A stretch of 64,000 nucleotides of DNA from Blasia pusilla (lineage: Eukaryota): positions 3,410,001 to 3,474,000 of the forward strand of contig CM114271.1 in assembly GCA_050084515.1 (NCBI GenBank), given 5' to 3'. Below, piece by piece: positions 25,701-42,500 of the stretch. A program made the position numbers and the translations under genes. The notes beneath the pieces were generated by a model. That model was not told the DNA's origin. It saw only the letters and a program-made list of their open reading frames with translations, and searched no databases. Position 1 is the stretch's first letter. Each line of letters starts with the position of its first letter.

Positions 25701-28106
25701 CTTCCAAGTTCTCCAATTTCCTTTGGCCATGTAGCCTATCCATGTGTCCTACACACGTGTTTAACAATTACTTTCTCCCCACCCTTCGTAAATGGTTGTA
25801 CACTGTTTATCTCGTAAATATTAATCCTACTTTTTTAAAATAAAATGAGATATTATTCTTCATGCATTATCTCGTAATTTTGTATTTTATGAAATGAACC
25901 ACGATTGTTAAAGTCTTAAAGATGTTGTATCCTATACTCTCAAAGGAGATTAGATTTCTTTGTTGCCAAAGGAAAAGCAAAAATGGGAATTAATTTTGAA
26001 GATTTTTTGGGGAGACAAAATAACTAGAAAAAAGGTAGCCAAACTAGTCGTAAATATATTCTATCATAAAGTTTATTGAATATTTATGAGAGTTAGAATA
26101 TCAAAAGAGGATTTTTAGCAAGAAAATCTCTCTAATGTGAATATATCTCAATAATCTATTAGTTAGAATGGTTAGAATATAGTTAACCACAGATAAAATA
26201 ATTGGAGCTCATTACCTATTTCTCAAGTCGAGTTTTTCAAGAAAATATGAGATAAATGTATCGAATTTATTGCCCATCATCCCTATAATCTCTGTGGCAA
26301 CATAAGGGAAAACATCTATATCCTTGTGCCCTAAACTATAAACTTAGATGTTTTCCCTCTTCTTCACTTCTTGTAATAATGTTATTCTTACCATCATATT
26401 GGCCCAATTAGTCTTAGACAGACGATCAATATTTGCCACCACAAAATCTTTAAGTTAATTTAATTTAATTTATTCAAAAAATGTTCTTTATGAAATATTT
26501 ATTCTATATTCTTCCTTCAATTTCACCTAATCTCCACCCTTTTATTTTCTCATCTTATAAAAAAATATTTAATCCATGAAAAAATCCTTCTTTTGGGAAA
26601 TTTTGTGTTTGGTAGGAAGGAATATGTTCACTTTATGTGGGAATTTAAAAAAACATTGGATCAAATACAATTAGAGGAATAGGAGAGTTGCGCGACAGGA
26701 ATTAATTTTCCGAAGGAATAGAATGATTTTATTTTAAGGGAAGGATGTTTTCCTTTCTAAGAGGAAGAAAGAAAAAAACACACATTGATTTTTTAAAGCT
26801 ATTGAGAAGGCCAATTTCCTTTATGAAATCTAGCGTTGTTTTAATATGACATGCACTTTCACAAAGTGTTCTCTCTATTATATTATTTGCAGTAACCTCT
26901 TGTATTTTGAACTCTAGAATTTTAATAATTATCCAAAGGCTTCTCATGGAATTTCTTCAATTGTTGATCTTGCCTAAAAATAACCAACTACAGATATTTC
27001 AAGATCAAATCTTCATCCAAAAATAGCCAACTTATAAACTTTGTAGATCAAAATTCCATTTTTAGATATTTTTCAATCAAAATAACCTATCATAATTTTA
27101 ACCAATTGTTGGAATTTTACATTTATGAACGTTTTTTTTTAAGGGCGCCGACATTCTCAAGTAAATTACACTATATGAGAAATTAGGATTATACTTAAGA
27201 CTCGATTACTAGTCGTTTATATTAAGAGATTAAATCTTCTTGCTTTCCCAATATTTTTAATGGTATACATTCATTGATAAGGTTCATGTAGATTTCTCTA
27301 CGAAAAAAATTAAATTGCATCTTTCTAAGAAAAAATATTTAAATTTATGGATAATTTTTATAAGGAGATTTATCGACACGAAATAAATCTTTTGTAGGTT
27401 TTTATTACATATACAAAGATATAAACTATAGGGAGAATTGAACCATGCAAATCAATTTTGTTAAACTTTATGAACGATTTACATAAGTATCATAGAAATT
27501 TTTGAAAAAAAATTGTAAGTATTGATTTATATGGATATTTTTAGAAAGAAATCAAAATTTTATCAATTTCATAAGATGAAATGTTTACACAATAGTTCTG
27601 CATGCTTGCATGATGCACAATTAGACAATGTTTTCAGAATCTAACATCTCAATACAAAGAATTTATAAGCCAAATATTCTTGTAGAAAGAAAAGTGTGTT
27701 TTGAGGAGATTATAATTTTTTCATAAAATTATTACATGAAAAAATTAAAATAATAGTAGGAAAAAATCTAGTAATTTTATGTCCATATGAAGAATTGGAT
27801 TAGATATTTTCTGTCAAAAAGAGCTGTGATGTTCAAAAATATTTTTTTATCAATTGAAAAAAATACTCAATTTTTAAAATAATATTTCTTTAAATAAAAT
27901 AATTTGAATAGTAAAGAAAAGAATAATGACGATAAAAATACCATCAAAAGATTAAAAATTCTTTGATAACAACTTTACGTATATTAGTTTTGAGATTTTA
28001 AAACCCAAAAAACTACCATAATTATTTATGAAATCGTATTTTTAAAAATAGCATATTGGACTAACTCATTCCAAATACGAAAGAAAAATGCAAACTTGGT
28101 AATTTT

Positions 28107-28418
28107 TATTGAAGGTTGAGTTATAGTCAAACTCATGAGACACCTGAACTGCTACATTTGGCACTCACACGAAGTAGAGAAGATTAATCTTCGTTAGTCA
28201 ATCAAGCACGATTATCTTAACTAGGGTTAGTTAATCACGGTTAGTCTTACTCGAGAATATGGTTAAGGGTAGGGTTAGGGTTGCTTGTACATACCCTATA
28301 TAATTAAGAAGAAGACCATTCTCTACTCATTCTCTCATTGCAAATTTCGTTCTCCATGGTGGTGTATGTGTGTGAGAGCCGTTTTCCACCAATTATGCTT
28401 GTTTAGCAATTTTCCACA
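28107..28418 (+). mobile_element. Probable solo LTR (312 bp), unrelated family
   Basis: Higher-GC island in AT-rich DNA; TATTG (TG mutated) ... CCACA termini; internal CTATATAA box followed by CT-rich and GT-rich tracts; flanked by ATTTT/ATTTT. Confidence 0.55.
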
Positions 28419-31400
28419 ATTTTAGCATGTGCAAAGAGATGCATGTCTTTCATAGGGTATTGTGATTCTTAACCTTGATTATATATATCCACTTTATTTT
28501 AAAATAAACCTAAAAAGAGGACAAAGAAAGGTAATAACATCTCAAAAGGGGAGTCAAAAAATGCTCAATGGAATGCAAAAAGAAGATGGCAACTAGCCAA
28601 CGCAAACACCGACTCAACGAGAAAACATACTTTTAATTTCCCATTATCAACCAAGATTTTTTTAATCTTTGTGGGAATTACAGAAAAGTATGTGACATAA
28701 TAAAGAATAATTAATCTTTGTTGAACTATAATCATTATGGAATGAATTGGTGTATGTTTATACTATAAAAGACAATAAGAATAATAAAATGGATTTCATA
28801 ATTTTTATGTGAAAATATAGATTATCTGACACACATTTTGAATTTGGATTTTATTGAATTTTTAGATTCAATAAGAAAATTCTATAACTATATGAATTTT
28901 TTTTCCTTATCTTTGATGGTTATGTCATCAAACGCATCTTTATAAGTGAAAGTCTCTGAAATTTTAGGTTTTTTGGAGAATAGAAAATTTATCTCTAAAA
29001 CATCATCCCATTAGTTGATCTTTCTACTTTCAACTTAAAATAGTTGTTCATTATTGTATTGTTGGAATATCTTTTTTTAATCATAATTTGTTGCATGACA
29101 CAAAATTTTAGAACGTTATCAAAATATTTGTTGTATGATTTCAATAAATTTCTATCCAATTTGATAAGGTAATTTAAGATTTATTATTATATTCTACCAT
29201 TTTCAAGGGCAATAGGTTAATTATAAAGTATCCATAGGAAAATAAAAATAAAAATAATAAAATTTATTAGTTATATAAAATTAAGATAAAGTTAAATTAA
29301 GCAAAGGAATTCTTCTAATCATAGATTTCATAGTATTATCTGTGCTAGACATATAAAAAATAGCCCAAACCAAAATGAGAACTATAATATGTTGTGAATT
29401 TCTTTCAAATAAAGTCATCAATAAATATCTATCTACACTATTATTTATGTTATCTTCTTGCATGTCAAAATTTAGAATGAAAATATTTGTTGTATGGATT
29501 CATACCCCAATTACTTATTGTTGGGCTTGCTAAAGTATCCAAAGGGAAATATTTTCGTATGAAATTTCATGTGTAAAAAATATTTTTCCGAAAATATACA
29601 GGTGATAATTTTTTTTCAAATCATGATTTTCTGGCAATAAATAATTTATCGAAAATAGGAAACTTTATTTTTCCCTTCATGGAATTTCATATTTACATAT
29701 CTTTTTGTTATTTCATTTTCATCCCTTTGAAATAATCCATTGTACGAGGAGTTTATTCCTACTTCTAACAATTTAGAAATTGTATTATACAATGAAAAAG
29801 TAATATTTGGGAGATTTATACTATAGTGTAAGGAGGAAGGGATAGTATTTCTCCTTCCAAAGAAATGAAGCTCTTCTTCAAAAGGACATAGGTTCGGAAA
29901 TATTAGCTCTTCTTCTAAAGATCACTTATTACCATTAGAGTGGATGGTATATATGCATGGAGGTTTTTTTTGTGTAATATGGAACCTTATCTATCATCCA
30001 CACATATTTATGGTGATATTGAAGATTTCAAATCGAAACTAGGTAGGCCGCTCTCTCATAAAACTAGAAGTGACACAATTTGTGTACGTGAAAGCCTCAC
30101 AGAGATGTAGCAGTATTGTTATAAAGAAGTCGGTGGGTCATGTGATGGATTTACTATGAAAATTCCAAGAATAATTGAGGTGAGTCGTACGCATCTTCTG
30201 ATTTGTCAGATTATCGTTGATTTACATAAATTTGATTTTACCTTCATGGGATGGATATCCTTATGGATTCATAGTATGGTAAAGAGGAAATGAATGAATG
30301 AATGAACTTCTCATTTTCATCAATATGATCCAAAGTACTATACAATTTTTTGTTAATTTTTTTTCAAATTTATAAGTTCAAAAATTCAATACCAATAAAA
30401 AGAGAAAATGAATTTGAAGCCTAAAACTAAGAGATATTAGAAGATAATTTGGTGCTAGTAAATAAAGATGGACAAATTTTGTGAGCCTAAGAGGATGAAA
30501 ATTTGTATCAATGAAAAATATGAAATAATTTGGGAGAAATTTCTACACAAAATTATGGTTATTCAAACACCATAAAAACTTGATTTCAAGATCAATTCTA
30601 ATATAAATTCTGAAAAGTGGACAAAATAATGATAGAAAGTGCATAGAAATTTTTGCAATAAGAAATCGAGAAAAAATCAAGAAAAACTCACAAGACATGA
30701 ATAGATTTCATAAGATATTAAGTTTACTTTGAGAGTTTTATGAATAACTGTGAATTTTTTTGGGGAGAAATAACCATTTGATAAAATTATGGAAAAAATG
30801 AGAACAAATTATGAGAATTTGTAAGAAGATTATTTTTCAAAATACACCCACCATGAAAAATTATCCAAATAATATTTCAAGATAAATTTCAATGATTATG
30901 TTTTGCAATAAAGAGATGGAGCTGGAATAACTTATCAAAGAAAATCTTATCATCATTTTCCAATAAGTATATAGGAAATAGTAATATCTTTGAAACATAT
31001 AAAGGTGAAGTTCAACAAGCAAGGTGTAACAAAAATATGTCTATATAATATTAGAAAGAAAATAAGACTATATAATTCAAAATTAAAATTTTAGTGAAAG
31101 AAATCGTGTAAGAACACATTGCTAACCTATATTACTATAAATGTATAAAAAATGAAGAGACATTGGGAAAAACCTATTATTTTATGATTCTCCAATTGGC
31201 TGAATGTTTTCCAAGTTTTTCGTCAATCCCTTACTAGTCGTATGAAATTTTTTACCCGAATAAAGTAGATGTCATATTTTTGAGTTAACTCCAAATACTT
31301 TCTAAATTTGTATGCTTAAAAAGGATTGTTACTTTGTGAATAATGGTCTATTTGGTCTTAAAATGGGCTTGGAAAATGTCTTGCGAGTCCATTATGACTT

Positions 31401-32393
31401 TAAGAATTTATGAATAAAAATCACTTGCCAAATAATTAAAGTAATCCCATGTGAAAATACCAATTGAGTCATAAAGGTCTCAAATTTCAATCGTAAGATA
31501 GCCCAAACAACATTAAGGCATAAAATAGCACTTGTAGTTTACTCAGAAAGAATTAGTTCAAGCTAAAAAAAGGACTTGTAAGAAACCCTATGCATCCCTT
31601 CGTCCCTAGGTAGTGCAACATATATTAGTTATCATTAACACATATTTAAGATGTATTTATCCTATGAATCATATAACATATATACACAAATGAAGTTATC
31701 TTAAGATGTGAAGGATGTTCTCTAATCTATGATCATGAACTCAAAGATTTTATATAAGTACAAATCTACGAAGGGTAACACCTTCCAATGTTCCAACGTT
31801 ACATTCACTCTTTGTTTAGCTCAGATACACTACATGTACGCGATGTGCATTCAACAAAGAGATGTGAGTAAAAAACACAATAGATATGTCAAATGTGTCA
31901 TTTTAGTATTAATCTTAGCCCACCTTTAACTTAAGAAATTTCATGCTCATATATTAGAATAGCTCTCATATAAAATATTTTAGATAGGTCCCATTCTTCT
32001 GAAATTATTAAGACAATAAAAAAACAAAAACAAAAGTTGAACTCTTTTGTTAAGGAATTGATTTTTGTAAATATCTATCTTCTTACAAAACTATAGAGGA
32101 GGGAAGGACGAGGAATCGAATGTTTATAAATAAAGTTGTAACAAAAATATTCTACTTTGATAAGTATTACTAGTGTTTATCCTTTTTATATCTCTACGCT
32201 TTGAGGAAATGGAGAGGGGATTTTCCTTGCACTAGATGAAATCATGGGTTTTATGATTACGTGGAGTCGTATGACTCACTCGATGACTTCTAATGACTAT
32301 TTATTCGACGAGACATAAAATTCCAATCATATAAGCTTAATGAATCAACTAAACAATAGGATTTTTTAATATAAAAATTAGAAGGCAAGTCAT

Positions 32394-32844
32394 TGTGAGA
32401 AAAGAGAAAGTGATGAAATCACTGAAATCTATTACAAATCTTGGAGATACAAAGTAACCTAGTCCGTCCGTGCGCTCACAGAAGAGTTTCGATGGAACCT
32501 GAACATGGAGATAACTCGACATACAAGAATGCGTTACCGGTGCGGCTGCCGAGTATTTCACTACTCGGGAAAATATGGTTTTAAACCTATTTTTCTGTAT
32601 TTCTATTAATAGAATTTTTTTCCGGGGTTGCATCATCGGACCTCCTCGATGCATTAGGGTGCCCCGCACCCTGATGCAATGTAAAATTAGATAATCCTAG
32701 TAACGCTACTCCATAAACCACCTACGTCATATTACTATGATTCATGCGACGTTTAAGTCGGAACCATCAATCTAAACTTCTTCTAATACAAGGGGGCCGA
32801 TCAAATTAATGATGCTGAGAGATGTGGATGTTGAGAATCCAACA
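32394..32844 (-). mobile_element. Solo LTR (451 bp) of the same copia family as 17946-22717
   Basis: Reverse complement starts TGTTGGATTCTCAACATCCAC and ends TCTCACA; TSD GTCAT/ATCAT. Confidence 0.93.
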
Positions 32845-34139
32845 ATCATGAGTAGATCTCTTCTTCATAATTTCCATATCACGTTGAAAATATTTAACAA
32901 ATGGTACAACATCATATGAGACATAAATTGGATATGACACATCATTAAGTAACTTGAAATAAAGGAATAAATTATCTGCATGACATGGACAATAAAAAAA
33001 ATTCTTTGGTAAGTAATTTTCATTTTTTTTCTATGGAAATGATTAGGCTAGTAATTTATATCTTTATGTATTATAATGTGGAATTTAGCTTAAGTAGTCA
33101 TTCATGACGAGTGCTACATCATGGATTAATATATGGAACGTTATGAACTATCAATAATTAAATAACAATTAGCAATCCTTGAGAAATGAAAACTCATTTC
33201 AAAGTTATGATTGATTTCTTCTTATAATCCAAATCAAAGAAAATACTTAGCTACTCATATTAACAAGATGATAAGGCTCTTCATAGGAATGAATTTAGGA
33301 CTTACCAAAAGAAGTGAAGCCTTCTAAAAGAAGAAAATGCCACTTATTGGATTTTCAGCAAATGTAATGTGGGTTTCACAAATCTATTCCAATGTATTGT
33401 ATGGGCGGGCAATGTATTCCTTGTTTAGGAAAACTAGTGCAAGATTGCTCAAAGCAACTGAGCAATCAACTGTTATGCGAATGCGAATCGACGACTCATC
33501 TACCTAAGGAGGGTATACTAACACCAAATGAGTGGTATATGCGGCGGTGGCAATTCGATACTATGGCAATTAAATATAGGAATAATAAGGGTGATTTATC
33601 CGTTTTCCAATCATATACATTCATTTATTTATTGACTAAAAATCAAATAAAATCCACATGTTGGCCTTTTACCCCCATGTTTTCCTGACCGTAAAAATAC
33701 TCCCGGGGAGAGGATCCGAGCCGCCCTATGGGATGGACTCCAAAAATTTTCCACGCTGCCCCATGCGGAGTAAAGAATTGTTTTGAAAATTTCCATTATA
33801 TATATGTTCAAATTAAAATATTGTACGGACAGTGACCGGGGGATGCAAGATGTGCACCGCCGTCGCCAAGACGCTGACCCTCAACCCGGTAACCTCAGGG
33901 GTAGGGGTTAACCATGTGTCGGTGGGTCCCTGCGCGAATGGGCGGGGCTGGGTAGCTAACTGGGAAGACGACATGTTGGCTAGCTAGCTAGCTAGACATG
34001 GGATCATCGGTGAGGCGCGGTCCTGATGGCGGGGCCGCGGGTCGTATGTGGAGCGATGTGTGGCGAGGAGCGGGAGGAACAGAGAAAGAAGCGGGGGCGG
34101 GGGCAAGGAAGGGAGGGCCGGAGGAAAGAAATACGAGTG

Positions 34140-34520
34140 GGAGCGCAGAGGGAGAGAAGAGAAGGGGAGGGGAGGGAGGGAAGGAGAGGAGAGGAGAGGA
34201 GAGGATAGATAGGACAGCATTGCGCTTCGGAATTGGTTAAATGGTGACAGGCAGATGAGATGCACAGTGCTGCTGTATGCTGATGGGAGAAGAGCTGGAA
34301 GAAATGCGCACCGCCCTCTGGTGATTGAGGAGACCTTTTGAGAGGTGGCGGAGCGCGGAGAGAGCGCGGAAAGAGCGCGAGGGAGACGCACGCGGATTGG
34401 TGAGGAGAACGAGGAGGAGGAGGAGGAGGAGGAGGGAGAGAGAGAGGCGGAGGGAGGGACGGAGAGAGGAAGGAAAGGGGCAGAGGAGGAGGAGGAGGAG
34501 AAGGAGGAAGAGGAAGAGCT
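34140..34520 (+). repeat. Polypurine (GAG)n/(GAGAG)n low-complexity tract upstream of UGE
   Basis: Directly visible. Confidence 0.85.
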
Positions 34521-34887
34521 GTGGTGGTGTAGTTGAGGTGGTTGCAGTCGTTTGTTGGGAAGCGTTTGGTTGTGAGTTGGGAGGACGGTGTGCGGGAATC
34601 GGTTGGCTGCGGAGCAGGTAAGGAGATGGATATCGGGCGCAGTTACGGAGGGCGAGATCTGAGAGAGTGGAAGATCTGAGTAGAAGGATTTCGATTTGAG
34701 CAAGCGAGTGTGGGGTGTATTGGTTTCTAGCGCGTCGTGTAGAGGCGATGCGTGGGAGGAGGTTTGCAGGATAGCGAAGCCGGACGATCAGCCTGGGCTC
34801 TTAGGCGTGCATACGAAATTAGTAAAGAGAAGGACGACAAGCGAAAGGAGGGAGGGAGGCAGGGAAGGACGGAGGGAGTTCACGAAT

Positions 34888-38738
<3,851 letters not shown>

Positions 38739-41700
38739 TTTTGAGGAGCTGGACATCTCCTTTCAGTGTACTCTAATTTCTTCTTTACCGTGGTTCTTGC
38801 TTGCTGCATGCAGCCAAGCAACAGGGGTAGTCATAAACCTTGGTCCTTCCACATTAGAAGTGAGACAGGCTGCAAAAGAACCACCATATAGCAAAGCTTA
38901 TGGGGCCATTGCCCATTCAGATGTGGTGGTGGGAGGTAGACACTATTTTCTTGTCTGAGTTGCTTCACCTGTGATCACAAACTCAGCAAAATTTTTCCCT
39001 GTTCCATGTAGATGCTGTGAGCACTTTGACACCCATTGTGTTTCTTAGAGCTCATTCAGTCAAATATTGAGCAATATTTAACCTGGGACAAGATGGTAGA
39101 TAGGAAAACGGGTAGGGAAAGAGGTAAGTTAGAGCAGATAGATCTACTGCACATGCGTTCTCTGACATGAGTTCCGCCAGGATTCATTGACTGTAAAGCA
39201 TATTCCCACTTGTTCCTATGGAGCCTAAGGCGGCAAATGCATGGAGCTTCACAGCAGAGTGTACGAAAATAGAAACTTGCTGAGATTGGGGCGCAGGTTA
39301 AATAACATTATCTATCCCATGAACTACTGCTTCCTATTCTTGGGACTCATGAGTTCTATGTGGGGAAACCGGATATAATACACTTGGACCACCTTGTAGC
39401 AGAGCATAGTGATGGTCAAGGGTTTCACAGCCTTCCTAACTTGTCATAACACTCTTTTTGAGAGTTTAATTGTTATCTTGGTCCCATGGCATGTACATCT
39501 GCAATGTGGGTAATATGCAGCCCACTAGTGGGTCTGACTCACCCAGACACATCCTGTAAGCAATTTCTTCTGGACCTCAATATGAGCAATGACTGGATGC
39601 CAATGGCCGCAAGCAGTCTACCTCATTGGATGGTTCTACTTTCAATGCATTATTTCTGCTTTTCAGGGACCAACAGCAGAGTTCATAATTTTTGTACTGG
39701 TTTTTGCTGCAAGGATAGAACAAACTCTTGCCAGTAGCTAAGAAGCGGTAACAGGCAAAATCTGGACGATAAAAAGGAATGTGATTGCAACAATGTGATA
39801 AATTGGGCGTTAGTAGGTTGGATATGAAGTGAACAATCATCTGAGTGATCCGAACAACTGCATATGGACTGGATATGGAGGAAGTGAGGATCGGGACCAC
39901 GGTTGAGCCTGATCATCTATCACCGGTTTTATCCTGACAGCTAATAGTAAGAAATATACCCTCCCTACCGTCTGTATATGGCAGTGGTTAGTCTCTTTGC
40001 CAGATTTATCTGACTGATGCATGTCTTTGGCAAAGAACGAACACTGGGACAACTAGTGTCAGACTCGTGTATTTGTATGAATGTAGGAATGATTCTTTCG
40101 TGCCGTATGTTAGGTCGGGGGATGGAAATGAATTTGATTATGGTGAGTATCTAATTAAGTAAACTCGAGTAGTTTTACTTGAATTGTCAAGGCATCTTCA
40201 CAACAATCCTGATAACATGTAGAGTCTTTCGTCTTCACTACTTTTGGTTTACTCACTCCATGCTCGTATTTCTTCCCACTAAATTTTGACCCTTACATCT
40301 GATGCGATACTCCAAAGAGTGAAACCAGGAGAGTATGTTTGCTCGGTAGGAACCATGGATTTGACAGGCTAGACCTTTCTATCGGAGAGGTGGTTCCTCT
40401 AATACTTCAGTCCTCGTGGATGCTCGTGTCAAGCAGCACGAATTCACGTTGAGTACCCATTGCACCCATTCGCTTAACATTTATTCGATGAGATTGTCTA
40501 ATTAGATGCGAGAGGTGTCATAATTAGATGTGATAGTTGTCAGAAAGGGATAACTAATTAGATAGTGGGAGCCTCGTTGTCTTCTGTGCGTCGCATAAAC
40601 CTACCGAGGCTTTGGAGAATACTTCGGATCTGCTCGAGCTTTTCTCGATCCTTCTTATAGTAGACGGCTCTCGACCCTTCTTTTAAGATGATGATTTCAT
40701 CAGCCATTGAAATGGAATACCTTTTAGTAAACTCTGGCAACTCCTTGCTTTAATGAATCCAACATCCATGGATCCACAAATTGTTATATATTGCCAAATA
40801 TTGGTGAGAGGGCTACTACGCATTGTACTAAAGATCATGAACATACCTTCTCATAAAATTTTGGTCATATGGTTAGATGCCCAAGATTCAGAAATGAGTT
40901 GTACATCTTTTGAGATATTTAGCCTTTTCGGAGTAGGTTTGGTTCCAATTTTATTTAATGTACGTTTAGAGGTATTATGTATGATGGGTGATTCCCACGG
41001 AGGTTAAGTTTTGTACTTGCAGTTAATAAGGAAGGTAGGGTGGTATGGGTGGGTGCTCATCCTTTCATTTCAATATTTAACATCACACCAAGAATCTTTA
41101 TCATAACAACACAGAGAAATCACTCCTAAAGGGCCTCCTGCTTATAGATGAATTATTTTTTGTTGAAGATGAAATTAGATTTGAAGGTATTCTTGTCTCT
41201 TCGCCCCCCATCGGATAATAGCTCTTTGAAACCCCCCTTTCGCCTCTTCAACATGCCTGAAAAGGTGCCCCTGCTTCTTCTGTGTTCGGTATCCGCAAGC
41301 GGAATTCACACACTGATTCTTACGTTAGCATGAGAAGATTCCTATGCTCCATGGGTTTAGATGCAAATTCCGACATAACTGCTTAGCTTGTACCCTCTCG
41401 CGGCGGCCGATTTGATAGCACACAGGCAAGGTGAATCTCCCGCATCAGCATCAAATCACTCTCAGATCTGCCTTTCTCATGGAAGTCCCCCCATCACCTG
41501 AAGTGGCTTGAAAGCATTCCCTTACGTCTGCCATGGGCTTCATGTAAGTCCTATCTTCGGTGCGTAATTGTTCAAGTGCAGATCCATTGAAATCCGAGTC
41601 ATGGGCTTGGAGGGACGCGAATTCATTGTCCTCTTATCCATGAATCAAATCTAGTTTCTTTTCTGCTTGGGAGGAGTGCAAGTGGATCTGCAGCGTATGC

Positions 41701-42268
41701 ACACCAAACCGAGCCCCGAGGTCTACACGTCAGTGTGGGGAGGTTAACTTAACTAGCTGTAGTTTGTCTTTTGGTGAGATATCTATTGCGTTTGGTATGT
41801 GCGCTAGAAGTCGAAATTGAAGAATGACGTGGTGATTCAACTTGCATGGTTTCTGTCGGGTGTTGTTAGTGAGGTTTTGGACTTTTTTCAAATTCAGTTC
41901 GCATTATTTTGATCGGATATTGGTTTTTGGAACGTGTACTGTTGTGATTTCGAAAGTTTTGATCATGTAAGACTTTTTTTTTTTCCTTGGGGATTTTGTG
42001 GTCGTCTTTTATTCGTACTTTCTTTTCTCTCGTGGCAAAGGAACATGTAAAACCACTTCCACTACTTTCATGATTCGAAAATTATGGATCACACATGTTG
42101 CAAATTTTTTGGAGAAAATGTTTTAGAGAGGGCCTTTAGGTTTACAACATATTTTCTGAGAGACGGTCAATTTCTGAAGTGGAGTATGAAATGATTACTT
42201 TTCTTTGCTGTTTAGGTTTGTGCTCGTAGTGGAAGTGGTCGTAACATAGCTATATCTCTTCCACCTCG

Positions 42269-42500
42269 TTGGAGTATACGAGGTGCTCTGATGCCAATGA
42301 GATTCTTAATAAGGCTTTAGCTAACTCCACCATTTCCAAGGATTTGGGACTCAGGAGTTTTGCCAGCCCCGCAGAGTTCTGCTTCCTCGACAATTTACCC
42401 AGCGCCCTAAATTCCTGACGAATGGCTTTAGCGTCAGACAGGGGGTTTCCATTCATGATTCGATTCATAGCTATGAGTATGAACACCTCGTATACTCCAA
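42269..42500. mobile_element. 232-bp segment bounded by 20-bp inverted repeats (MITE-like)
   Basis: TTGGAGTATACGAGGTGCTC (42269-42288) vs GAACACCTCGTATACTCCAA (42481-42500), 19 of 20 complementary; no clear TSD. Confidence 0.5.

Noticed and set aside
33984-34703. 239-aa Ser/Pro-rich ORF and overlapping Arg/Glu-rich ORFs
   Set aside because: Translations of the polypurine low-complexity tract.
34696-34887. N-terminal extension of UGE from a TTG start
   Set aside because: Non-AUG start taken from the ORF track; the sequence is low-complexity leader, and the ATG at 34888 (or 34909) fits the family.
41660-41735. RanBP2-type zinc-finger-like peptide WICSVCT
   Set aside because: The second CxxC is incomplete and the frame has nearby stops; a chance match cannot be excluded.
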